From assembly GCF_030144855.1 (NCBI RefSeq), contig NC_082712.1, positions 12,276,001-12,340,000 of the forward strand: a stretch of DNA of 64,000 nucleotides, in the 5' to 3' direction. Of this stretch, positions 52,511-64,000 are shown one piece after another; position 1 is the first letter of the stretch; the number at the start of each line of letters is the position of its first letter. The position numbers were made by a program, and so were the translations under genes. The stretch is from Hypanus sabinus. Lineage: Eukaryota. The notes beneath the pieces were generated by a model. It did no database searches, had not been told where the DNA came from, and saw only the letters and a list, made by a program, of their open reading frames with translations.

Positions 52511-53839
52511 GTTGGTTGATGCTTTTGTTGTTGCCTCTGAGTGAATGGGCAGTGGGGGTCTTTGGGATTCTGGGATTTTCTATCGTTCATTCTTAGACCA
52601 CTTGGACAATACAAACACCGAAGTCAGGATGCTGTCTTTGGGATTCTGGGATTTTCATTCCTTGGAGGCTTTCTTTCTGCTTCATGGACGTCTGCAAAGA
52701 GTAAGAATTTCAGGTTGGATAGAAACATAGAAAACTTGCAGCACAATACCGGCTCTTCAGCCCACAAAGTTGTCCCGGACATGTTGCTACCTTAGAAATT
52801 ACTCGGGTTACCCATAGCCCTCTATTATATGTGGAATACATTCTCTGATATTAAATTCAACAATTGAACCATTAAACCATTGGATCGCTGCATGAAAGGG
52901 AACCTTGGGGTAGTACGTGGTGATATATACGTACTTTGGTAATTAGTTTGAACTTTGCAGGGAATCTGGAAGCACAGACTCAAGTCATCTGCAATCACAT
53001 CAATTCAGATTCCGATACAATTATGTATTAATTACACGTGAAATGCACCATTATTGTAAGGAATCTATGTGCTGGGAGGCAGGCAGTGTACAAGTGTCCT
53101 TACAATTGAAGGATCTATCCTTCCCATGAGCTTGGCCTGTCACCAGAGTCCATTTCACAGCCTCCCTCGCACCTCACATGTACCCCAGCTCTACCTCCCT
53201 GATCCTGTCTCAGGAATAGTCCCTCCCTCCTATAACCATTCCACAGCCTCACCATCACTCTGCACACCTCCCAGCTCCACCACCCTGTTTCCCTCTCAGG
53301 AACAGTCCCTCCTCTTCATCCACCCACCACCCTGAGCCCAGTTAACAGATAGGGGGCATTCGGTTGTCCTGCCCTGCTCCACCTGTCAATATGGCCATGG
53401 CTGACCATCGACTTTAGGATCCTTAACCACAATACCTTCGGCAGTGAGACATTATACAGGAACTCAGCAAGTCAGGCAGCATCTATGAAAGGAAATCGAT
53501 GTTTTGGGCCAAGATATTTCATCATGACTCAACTGTTTATTCCTTTCCATTGATGCTGCGAGACTTGCTGGGATCCACCAGAATTTGTATGTGTTGCTCT
53601 AGATTTCCAGACTCCCTTTATTTATGATTTGGCATTATGAAATTGTTCCTTCTTGAAAATATTTTGGGACTCGGCCACCTCTGCATTCGATGCTGGAGAC
53701 AATTCTGTAATGTTCACCTCACTTGGAGATAGGAAAATTTAAAGTATCTTCGGTGCGGTACCATGTGTGTCTCATGGCTGTGGCCAGAGGTCTTGGACGT
53801 CACATTGAGTATGAACAACTAAAGTGAAGGATGAATCTG

Positions 53840-53950
53840 CTATTGGTACCCTACCCTGACACTAACTACAGGAAACTGCAAAGACAACCCGAGAGTCCTT
53901 CACCCACTCCTCAGTGCTTTGGACTTCTCATTCACTGCACTTTACTTCCT
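53840..53950 (-). pseudogene. Decayed paralogue of the leader exon and promoter
   Basis: CTC TCG GGT TGT CTT TGC AGT TTC CTG TAG TTA GTG TCA aligns to the leader CTC CGG GTT TGT CTC TGC ACC GTC CTG TTG TCC GTC TCA at about 70% by eye. There is no ATG, it contains a TAG, the donor is apparently lost, and an ETS core GGAAGT lies upstream. Confidence 0.45.
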
Positions 53951-56900
53951 GACCCTGAATTACTGACCTTTTTTTCAGTTGCTGTAGGATATTGAGGAAC
54001 TGTCAAACTGTTCTTACGACTCACAAGAACCACAATGCTGACCACTCAAAAGAAGAAGTCAAACAGAGGGGAAAGTTATTCTAAGAACTTAAGGGAACAA
54101 CTGCAAAGTGTGCCTCAATGCACTCACCATATCCTGTGTAAAACAAACCTGCCCTGCCCTTTAAAGTGCACACCCTCCCCAACCAACACACATACACAAA
54201 GCTTAAGGTAGTGCTTGTAGTATTTGTAGCAATGGAGCAGTTTGGGAACAGTTTGTTCTTCTTTTCTGATGAAAGATGTGCTGGCATTGGGGGTGGGGGG
54301 GCAGAGGAGGGTGACAAGAAAGATTCCAGGAGTGAAATGGTTAACTCATGAGAATCGTTTGACAGCTCTTGGCCTGTCCTCACTGCAGCTTAGAAGATTG
54401 AGGGCACATCTCACTGAATCCTGTTGAATATTGAAAGCCTGAGTTAGAGTTGACGTGGGGAGGATGTTTTTAATGTGGATGAGTCTAGGACCAGAGGGCA
54501 TGAATCAGAATTGAGTGATTTCCATTTAGAACAGAGCTGAGGAGGAATATGGTTTGGCAGGTGGTAATGAATTGTAGAATTCACTGGCACTAACGGCTGT
54601 GTATGCCAAATCATTGAGTATATTTAAAGTTGAGGAGGATAGGTTATTGGCGTCAGGGCATCAAAGGTTAGGGGAAGAAGGCAGAAGAGAGGGATCCAGT
54701 GGGATAATAAAATAGTCATGATGGCATAGCAGGGGACAGTCGATGGGTCAAATGGCCAAATTATTCTCCTATGTGTTGTGGTCTTAACTACAACAGCCTT
54801 TATAAACTCACTGTGAACTAAGTCATGTAAACACACAGACAAGAACATGACAATACCCGATCATACACACTTCCATATAGGGGAAGATGTACAACAGACA
54901 TGAAAGTGCCAGATAATCAAACATCTCACAGTCAAAGGCATTTAGATCACATCTTCCCCATTCTGAAATTTGTTCTGAGCAACAACTGAACCTTTCAAAC
55001 ATCTCTGCATTGGGCTGCTGCCACATGAGTGATTGAAGGGGTTTAATTGAGCTGGAGGTCTGTAATTAGGGATGTTTCATAGGGTTTTGTGCTGGGACCT
55101 CTGCTGTTTGTGATGTACGTAAATGAACTGGATACAAATGCAGATTTGTGGGTTATAAAGTTTGTAGATGACACTAAGATTAGTGGATTGTGGATTATGT
55201 AGCAGACTGGCAAAGAATACAATACAATATATATCAGTAGTAGGTCTGGACAAAGAAATCACAGATGGAGTTTAACTCAGATAAATGTGGGGTTTTACAC
55301 CTTGGTAGGGACATTGCCAGGAGACAATACACTGTCAGGCAAGACTGTCAACAGGTGCGCTTTGCACCTTGGACCCAGAGGAACACTGTTTCATTTGATT
55401 GTTTTCAAGTGCACGGGTGAATGACAATTGAACTTGAACGAACTCATTAACATTTCACACTACAGCCACATGTCTCTCAATCCCATAGATCAGACGAAGG
55501 GCCTTCAATCACAGGTACTCTGCTGCTTCAAACACCTACACTTATCCTTGGTTAATCCCAGGCTCATGAGCATGCCTGAAAGGATCCCACACACCCCTCA
55601 TACAAACTCTTCTCCCTCCTGCCGTCTGGGAAAAGGCACCAAAGCATTCGGGCTCTCACGACCAGACTATGTAACAGTTTCTTCCCCCAAGCTATCAGAC
55701 TCAGATCCCTCAATACCCAGAGCCTGGACTGACACCTTACTGTCCTATTGTCTTGTTTATTATTCACTGTAATGCCGGCACTGTTTTGTGCACTTTATGC
55801 AGTCCTGTGTAGGTCTGTAGTGTAGTGCAGTTTTTTTTTCTGTGTTGTATTTTACGTAGTTCAGTCTAGTTTTTGTACTGTATCATGTAACAGCATGGTC
55901 CTGAAAAAAACATTGTCTCATTTTTCCTATGGTCGAAATGACAATAAAAAATGACTTGACAGGACTTGATATCTTTCTACGCCTTGCCTATCTAGGTACC
56001 TGTGTCAATGCATCAAACACATTCCAGAGATTAAACAGTCCATGTGTAAATTTTGGTTCATGCAAAAACCCTTTCTCACTCTCACTCTATTAGCTCATAT
56101 TGTATTATCTTCTGTGTAACGTCTGTTGGAAATTGGAAACACTCCGACAAACAGCAGATCGAAACTTCATCAATAATTGGCAGTCAGAGATCTTTTTTCT
56201 CTAATAATAATGAGAGGAAATACCAATGCCCATGAATGTAAAACCGACAAAGTGTGTTGTATACAGTCCTGTCCGTCACACGCAACGTCCTCCCCACCAT
56301 TGAGCACATTTAAAAGCAGCACTGCCACAAGAAAGCAGCACCCATCATTTAGGGCACCCACCATCCAGCCCACTCTCCCTTCTCTCTTGCTGCTATCAGG
56401 AAGAAGATAAATGCCCCTTAGGTTGAGGAAGAGTTATTACACTTCAGTCATCAGGTTTCTGAAATAGTGTGGATGACTTCACCTGCCTCAGCACAAAACT
56501 GATCACTGAACACAGCTCATGAACTCAGTTTCAAGGACTCTGCAACTTACATTCTTCATATTGTTATCTATCTATCTATTACTTGTTATTTTTTGATAGC
56601 TGGTCTTCTTTTGCACAATGGTTACTTGTCAGTTCTAACTTTACTCGCTTTTTCCCTCTCAGGGACAATTCATCCCTTTAAACCCACCCACCACTGTGAG
56701 ACCCGTTAACAGGTGTCGGCCATTTGTCTGACCGACCCTGCTCCCCCAGTCAAAACAATCATGATGGACCGTTCACCTCAGGATCCTTCATCTTTAATCT
56801 CTTTGGCATTAGAAGACTATGCAGGACCTCAGAAAGTCAGGCAACATCTATGAATAGAAATAAACCGTTGACATTTCTGGCCAAGATCCTTCATCAGGAC

Positions 56901-57399
56901 TAGATTGACAAAGGATTTCAGTCCAAAATACCAGCTGTTTATTCCTTTCCATTGATACTTACTGATTTGCTGAATTCCTCCAGCTTGTTTTTGTGTGTTA
57001 CACTGGGATTCCATCATCTGCAGTATGTTCAAAGGTTCATTTTATCATCAAGGTATATATGCATAATAGAACTCTGAAATTTGTCTTCTCCAGGTAGCCA
57101 TAGAGCACAGAAAATCATATGTTGGAAGACATCAATGCCCTCCTGCATGAAAAGAAATAAACAAAAACCCACAAACTGCAAACAACCCAAACCCTCCCTT
57201 ACACAAAAACTACAGATCACCCAAACCCCAGCCCGCTAATCTGCAGCAAGAAATAATGGGCGAGACCACGAGAAAAAAACATAGAACTGTAAGAGGCCAA
57301 TATGAACTACAGTCCAATCCATAAATCTCAGAATTTCAATAACATCTCCAAGAAAATCAGGAGTGGTCTCAGGATGCAAGAGATAATATGCCCACAAGA

Positions 57400-57960
57400 C
57401 TATAAGTCATAGGCACAGAATTTGGCCATTTGGCCCATCAAGTCTGCTCTGCCACTCAATCCTGGTCAATCCTTTCTCTCCCTCCTCAGCCCCGCTCCCC
57501 AGCCCATTCCTCGTAACCTTTGATGCCCTGTCCAGTCAAGAAGTTATCAATCACTGCCTTAAAAACCCCAGTGACTTGGTCAGTACAGCTGCCTGTAGTG
57601 ACAAATTCCACAAATTCATCACCCTCTGACAAAAGAAATGTCTCCACATCTCTGTTTTAAATGGACACCCCTCTATCATAAGATTGTGCCCTCTCCCCTA
57701 TCATGGAATACTTCCTTTCCGCATCTACTCTGTGTAGACCTTTCAACATTTGGAAGGTTTCAATGAGGTCACCCCCCTCCCATCCATCTAAATTCCAATG
57801 AGTACAGTCCCAGAGCCATCAAACGTTCATCATATGATTACCCTTTTGTTTCCAGAATCTTCCTTGTGAACCTGCCCTGAACCCTCCCCAATGCCAGCAC
57901 ATCTTTTCTCAGATGAGGAGTCCAAGACTGGTCACAATACTCATGATGAGGCCTCACCAA
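57400..57960 (-). mobile_element. CR1 3' fragment
   Basis: Typical CR1 3' end (aattccacaaattc, aaatggacaccc, ggccatttggcccatc). Confidence 0.75.
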
Positions 57961-59094
57961 TAGGTTCAATAGATACATTTAATGCCAGAGAAATCCATAC
58001 AATATACATCCTGAAATTCCTTTTCTTCACTAACATCCATGAAAACAGACGAGTGCCCCAAAGCATGAATGACAGTTAAACATTAGAACCCAAAGCCCTC
58101 CCCAGCACCCCGCTCCCTCGCAAAAGCAGCAGCAAGACAAAGCCCCCCCCCCCCCCAGCAAAGCATCAGTAAAGACACAGACTTGCAGTACCCCAAAGAC
58201 TATCCGTTCCCCTGGTAATTCGACATACCACAGGTTCCCTCTCCCACTGATAAGGGAAAAAGAGATGTTCCCGTATCTCAGCGAGAGGGGATGCATAATG
58301 AAAAACTGATTTATGATCTTAAAAGTTTGCTGCGTTGCATTTTCCAAGCTCTGCGCCCAGAGAATCGGCCCCGAGGCTCAAGTCCTGGACACACAATAGA
58401 CAATAGGTGCAGGAGTAGGCCGTTTGGCCCTTCGAGTCAGCACCACCATTCAATGTGATCATGGTTGATCATCCAGAATCAGTACCCCGTTCCTGCCTTC
58501 TTTCCATATCCCTTGACTCAGCTATCTTTAAGAACTTTACCTAACTCTTTCTTGAAAGCATCCAGAGAATTGGCCTCCACTGCCTTCTGAGGCAGAGCAT
58601 TCCATAGATCCACAACTCTCTGGGTGAAAAGGTTTTTCCTCAACTCTGTTCTAAATGGCCTACCCCTTATTCTTAAACTGTGGCCTCTGGTTCTGGAACA
58701 CAACAGGCAGCTAACCCACTGCTCCTGATGTTCCATGTTCTCCCGCAATGCCTCAGTCAGGGACACCGGCCTTGAATTTCCCGTCTCCAGAACCACGAAA
58801 ATCCGGCACCCTGAAGGCGAGCTTGCAGGCCTCGTCCTTGGGGAATCAAAAAGCGCCGGTCGTGAGGCCCTGAGAGCGGGTCCCATTCCCACAAAGAACC
58901 AAAGTCAGAGTGTAACTCTGGGTCAGGGTCTTAAAAAGATCCTTCAAAAGCGAAAAAAGACACATCAAAGATAGAAATAGAGCTGTTTTGGAAGATGCAA
59001 GCAAAAGAATCACCATTTGGCACCATCATCATTTTGCTCCACCCTTCCAGTGCCTTATAAAGCTTCAGCATCACATTTTGTCATTTTGTCACTC

Positions 59095-60880
59095 GTAGTT
59101 CAGTCCCTCCCCACCTACATCCAGAATACATCCCATGCCCTCCACCACTTCAATAACTTCCAGTTCCCCGGTCCCGACCGCTTTATTTTCACAATGGATG
59201 TCCAATCCTTATACACTTCAATTCCTCATCTAGAAGGCCTCAACCCCCTCCACTACTTTCTGGACAACAGACCTCACCAGTTCCCCAACACCACCACACT
59301 CCTCCGGTTGGTGGAACTGGTACTCACACTTAATAACTTCTCTTTTGGCTCTTCCCACTTTCTTCAGACCAAGGGTGTAGCTATGGGCACTCGCATGGGC
59401 CCCAGCGATGCCTGCCTCTTTGTTGGTTATGTGGAAGAGTCTATGCTCCAAATCTATACGGGTGCTGCTCCCCAACTTTTCTTTCAATACATTGACAACT
59501 ACATTGGTGTTGCTTCCTGCACCCATGCTGAGCTCATCAATTTCATCGACTTTGCCTCTCACTTCCACCCAGCCCTCAAATTCACTTGGTCCATCTCTGA
59601 CACTTCTCTCCCCTTTCTCGATCTCTGGAGACAGACTGTCCACTGACATCCTCTGTAAACCGAAGGACTCTCATAACTACCTCGACTTCCCATCCTGCCA
59701 AATGCAAAAATGCTATTCCTTATTTCCAGTTCCTTCGTCTCCTCCGCATCTGGTCCCAGGTTGAGGCTTTCTGTTCCAGGACATCTCAGATGTCCTCTTT
59801 CTTTAAGGATTGTGATTTCCCTTCTGCAGTCATCAATGGTGCCCTCACCCGCATCTCCTTCATTTCCCACACTTCAGCCCTTACCCCATCCGCCTGTCAC
59901 CACAACAGGGACCGAGTTCCCCTTGTCCTCACCTACCACCCCACCAGTCTACAGATCCAGCACATTATCCTCCGCCACTTCTGCCAATTTCAACAGGACC
60001 CCACCACTAAGCACATCTTTCCCTTTCTACCCCTCTCTGCTTTCTGCAGGGATCGTTCCCTCCACGACTCCCTGGTCCACTCATCCTTCCCCATAGATCT
60101 CCCACCTGGCACTTATCCCTGCAAGCGTAAGTGCTACACCTGTCCTTACATCTCCTCTCTTACTAACATTCAGGGCCCCAAACAGTCCTTCCAGGTGAGG
60201 CAACTCTTCACTTGTGAGTCTGTTGGGGTCATCTATTGCATTCGGTGCTCCCGATACGGCCTCCTCTACATCGGAGAGATCCGACGCAGATTGGGGGACT
60301 GCTTCATTGCGCACCCTCGTTCCATCTGCCACAAGAAACAGGATCTCCCGGTTGCCACCCACTTCAACTCTGCTTCACATTCCCATTCGGATATGTCCAA
60401 ACATGGCCGCGTCTACTACCATGATGAGGCCAAACTCAGGTTGGAGGAGCAACACCTCATATACGGTCTGGGTAGTTTCCAGCCCCTTGGCATGAACATT
60501 GAATTCTCGAACTTCCGGTAAATCCCTCCCTCTCCCTTCCCCCATCCCACTTTCACTCAGCCTCCTCTTCCAGCTGCCTATCACCTCTCTCATGGTTCCG
60601 CCTCCTACTACCCATAGAGCTTTCCCCTTATGTTCCTTCTTCACCTTTCCTGCCTATTGCCTCTGCTTCCCCTCCCCCGCACTTTGTCCTTTCCTCTTAC
60701 TGGATTTTCACCGGCACCTACAGCCTTCTCCTTCCCACCCTCCCCTCACCTTCTCTATAGGGCCCCTGCCCCCTCCCTCTTCATTCCTGATGAAGGGTCT
60801 TGGCCCGAAACGTTGATGCTTGTTTCCACGGATTCTGTCCAACCTGCTGAGTTCCTCCCGCGTGTGGTACGTGTTGCATC
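59095..60880 (+). mobile_element. 5'-truncated Penelope-like element: RT + GIY-YIG endonuclease + 3' terminal region
   Basis: MDVQSLYTSIP, GVAMGTRMGP, QYIDN, LPFLD, VIYCIRCSRYGLLYIGE..R, VATHFNS; ends in the gatgaagggtcttggcccgaaacg...gctgagttcctcc terminal motif. Confidence 0.9.
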
Positions 60881-61079
60881 AATCCACTGAATGCACACTT
60901 GCCACATTCCTGCAAAATTCCTCATTCTCGCAGAACTTGAGGGCACAGCCTCAAAACTGAGGAGTGACATTTTAGGACTGAGGTAAGGAGGAATTTTTTT
61001 AATCAGAGATCAGTGGATTTGTGGAATTCTCTGTAACTGACTGCTGTAGAGGCCAAGTCCGTGCGTATATTTGTGTAGG

Positions 61080-61260
61080 TGTGTGGCGAAGTGGTTAAGG
61101 CTTTGGGCTAGCGATCTGAAGGTCGTTAGTTCGAGCCTCAGCCGAGGCAATAGGCAGGAAAGATCAAGAAGGAATGTAAGCGTGTGTCCTTGAGCAAGGG
61201 ACTTAACCACACACTGCTCCTGCATGTTCCAAACCACCAGTGGCGGCGGTTGGACAAGAC
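61080..61260 (+). mobile_element. tRNA-derived SINE
   Basis: Pol III A box (gtggcgaagtggtt) and B box (gttcgagcc), followed by the gtgtccttgagcaagg core. Confidence 0.75.
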
Positions 61261-61851
61261 AAGGTGAAGTTGAAGTTGAAGTTGATCGGTCAGGGCATCA
61301 AAGGATATGGTGAAAAGGCAGGTGTATGGGGCAGAGTGGGATTAGCCATGATGGAATGGCAGAGCCGACTCACTGAGCAGAATGGCGTAATTCTGATGCT
61401 ATGTTTACATTCTTATGGGAATGCAGATTGTTTCAGAAGGGGGAAATGGAGAGAAGGCCAGGACGTCTCTGTACGCTAAAAGCAGGAGTTCAGCAGTGAC
61501 AGTTTGGAAGCAAATGTTACTTTGAACTTCATTGCAAGGTGATTTGAGAACAGAAGACAGAATGTTGCTGCAGCTGTACAGGGCCTTAGAGAGAACCTAT
61601 CTGACGTTTGTGCAGTTTGGAGTTTGTCTTTGTTGGGATGATTTATCAGAGAGCGAATGTAGTGAAGGTGTATGAAGAAACCAGAGGGAGCAGGAATAAT
61701 GCCTGATGAGAGAGTGAATTAGTTGGCCCCATAGACACTGGAGTTGAGAGGAATGTCTAAGAACTCATAGAACCTTGTAAGATTCTAACAGGACAGGATA
61801 AATATCGGAGAGCATGGAACCGGAAAACACAGACACTGGGAAATCAGAAAG

Positions 61852-61985
61852 CTATTTGGAAGTAGGAACAGAAATGTCTACACCCAGCTGGTGGTAAACA
61901 TATGGAGCGAGGAGGCCGGGTCTGCTGAACCGGTTTAAAAAACTGGTCTTCTCAGCCTCCCTTGGTGGATTGGTCTCATCCGCCT
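61852..61985 (-). CDS. Candidate terminal (cytoplasmic) exon of the upstream paralogue
   Basis: Strong acceptor ttgttctgtccacAG; the phase-1 frame is open for 43 codons to TAG and contains YHQL. No homology evidence. Confidence 0.3.
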
Positions 61986-63089
61986 CTGTGGACAGAACAA
62001 GATCAATTAACGTGATCCACGGCAGTTGCACAATGAGACCAAATCCGGCATCCCTCTTCACTTATAATTTTGGAAGGGAATAGGATCGAGACATGAACGG
62101 AATTCCCAAAGGGTAGATTTTATCATCGGTGTCAGCGTTCGACACAGATATGGTTTTCAGCCCATGTACACATCAAATTGGAAGCTTTACAGTAACGCAG
62201 CAATAGAGGTAGTGGTGTTGATAGGAAGCCGAATGGCCTTAGGCTATAGGATAGTATTGATCGAATAGTATGGTTCTTAGATTAAGACCATAAAACAAAG
62301 GAGCAGAAATAGAAGATTCAGCCATTCTATTCTGCTCTGACATTCGACTGTGGTTAATTTACTATACCTATCAACCACACTCTCCTGCCCTCATCCCCTA
62401 TGGTTCTCCGCCTTACATACATCCAGACAGACAGACATACTTTATTGATCCCGAGGGAAATTGGGTTTCATTACAGTAAATTCCACAGACTCAGCCACCT
62501 GCGGTGTAAGGAAATTTCTCGTAATCTCTGATCTAGGGGGACGTCTTTGTATGAATGGCAGAGTGAAGTAATTCTGGCTGGGAAGTGGGTACAAAAATCC
62601 TGGGTGCAACGTAAATGCAACGTATTCTGTAATGGATCAAGGTTGTAAATTAAGGAGGAACCTGATTATCAGTAATATAAGAAAAAGTTACGTGAGTTGA
62701 ATCACTTTTCGATTGTTAATATGTTTGAAGCGGTTATGACGACAGTTTAAACTGGATTACGGTGAAGGGAGATATGGCAGAGATTCAGTCAGGAGCCAGA
62801 TCTCTGAGAGATTTGCGTCGTGGGCGAGCTTTGTGGAGAATGAGAAGAGCAGAATCACCCCGGGTTGACTGATTGCCCTGGTCCCAGTGCACGTGGGATG
62901 GCGGGAGTCGAGACTTCCCTGTATTGCTTTTTCCGCGGAGGTCCGGAGTGACATTTTGTGCACATCAGAGATTAGATTTGTAGTTAGAACATAGAACATT
63001 ACAGCAGAGTTCAGGCCCTTCGGCCCACGATGTTGTGCCGAGCTGTCAGCCTTCTCTAAGCTCAAGCTATTATTTATTATGTGATGGTT

Positions 63090-63370
63090 TACAGACACAG
63101 GGCTGAGCAGTCCCTACCAGCCCACCGAGCCGTGACACCTAGCACCTCACCGATGTAATCCCAGCCTAATCACCGGACGATTTAAAATTAACAATTAACC
63201 TGCTGACGTCTTTAGATTGTGGGATGGAACCGTAGCAGCTGGAGGAAACCCACCCGCACACAGGAAGAACGTACACAGTTCCTAACAAAGGACGCCAGAA
63301 ATGAACTTCGAACTGACGCCCAATGTGTAATCGCATCGTGCTAACCGCTGCGCTACTGTGGCGTCCTAAC
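63090..63370 (-). mobile_element. V-SINE/HE1-like SINE; related fragments at ~20080-20170, 21800-21960, 23260-23320 and 38490-38570
   Basis: tRNA-like head and the central tgtgtgcgggtgggtttcctcc motif on the minus strand. Confidence 0.7.
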
Positions 63371-63676
63371 CCATCCCTCCTGCAGATCCTCACATTTATC
63401 TCTCATTCAGTAGGTATTTAGCGGGTACATTCAATCCAAAAGGTATCTCAAAACGCTAAGCAGCTTACAAACACTTCTGAAGCAGTCACTCTTATGATGT
63501 AGTAGTCACTCTGATGAGTATTTCTGTGGAGATCCAACAAACAGTGATCGGGCAGCGAGTTTTTGTTGACAACTAAAGACTGGGACGCCTCAAGTGTTTG
63601 AATCACGTCCCAGCGCCCACCGACCGTCCCAGTGAATCGGATTAGAGTCACGTCACGGCCTGAGCCTTCAGCATTA

Positions 63677-63789
63677 TTACATACAGTACCCGAGTAGATC
63701 ACAGTAGAGAACGGCGCCCATCAATCAAAAGCCGAGAGTTTTCAGTCCGAGTGGGATACACAACGTCAGCACGGCACAAGCGTCTGTCC
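63677..63789 (-). pseudogene. Transmembrane exon with central Lys (Siglec-15/DAP12-type), interrupted by an in-frame TGA
   Basis: Acceptor ttgacttgtctcactttctcttcAG at 63791-63790. Phase 1 reads GTDACAVLTLCIPLGLKTLGF*LMGAVLYCDLLGYCM**, with AAA (Lys) at 63742-63740 and TGA at 63727-63725. Confidence 0.65.
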
Positions 63790-64000
63790 CTGAAGAGAAA
63801 GTGAGACAAGTCAATCCAGACTCAGGGAAAGGGGGAGAGACTGACTGAAATCTGTAGGTGTCGAGACATACATATAATGTAGCAGATTTACCCTGACGGA
63901 GCTACGGAAGATAACGTGTATGTGAAAGAAGAAGAAAAGGATATTACTAAGAATGTGGAGATCACAGTGACATGAATTAAACATTAGAACAGGAAGTTTA

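Noticed and set aside
53640-53840. Minus-strand frame with C...RPR...HTWYR resembling an Ig domain start
   Set aside because: It has multiple stops and no D-x-G-x-Y-x-C motif, and is better explained as intron sequence following the decayed leader exon.
54128-54135. Possible 6-nt microexon (ttttacacAG|GATATG|GTGAGT) on the minus strand
   Set aside because: It lies upstream of the decayed leader with no frame context, and such a match is expected by chance.
61080-61150. tRNA gene
   Set aside because: A and B boxes are present, but there is no complete cloverleaf or poly-T terminator, and it runs into a SINE core.

Overview
Eukaryotic, repeat-dense DNA, most likely from a cartilaginous fish such as a ray or shark. 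That assignment is inferred from the abundant CR1, Rex1-like, Penelope, L1 and V-SINE-like repeats. Most of the window is nested retroelement debris: CR1 with esterase ORF1, L1, Rex1/Babar-like, Penelope/GIY-YIG, three solo LTRs and a decayed retroviral env. There are three assembly gaps. Hidden in the few unique islands on the minus strand is a cluster of Siglec-15-like immunoglobulin-superfamily receptor genes. (C) A gene that splices in frame: leader exon (23645-23585), then a V-set exon retaining the sialic-acid-binding Arg motif YWCRVE (11469-11086), then a second V-set exon lacking that Arg (2688-2299); it continues off the left edge. (B) A pseudogene made of a decayed leader (~53.9 kb) and a disabled duplicate of the second V exon (47251-46881). 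(A) The 3' end of an upstream paralogue: a transmembrane exon with a central lysine (DAP12-type) interrupted by an in-frame TGA (63789-63677), plus a possible tail exon. The apparent V-V ectodomain differs from the V-C2 architecture of mammalian Siglec-15. All gene models were read by eye from splice signals and translation and need RNA-seq and homology confirmation.
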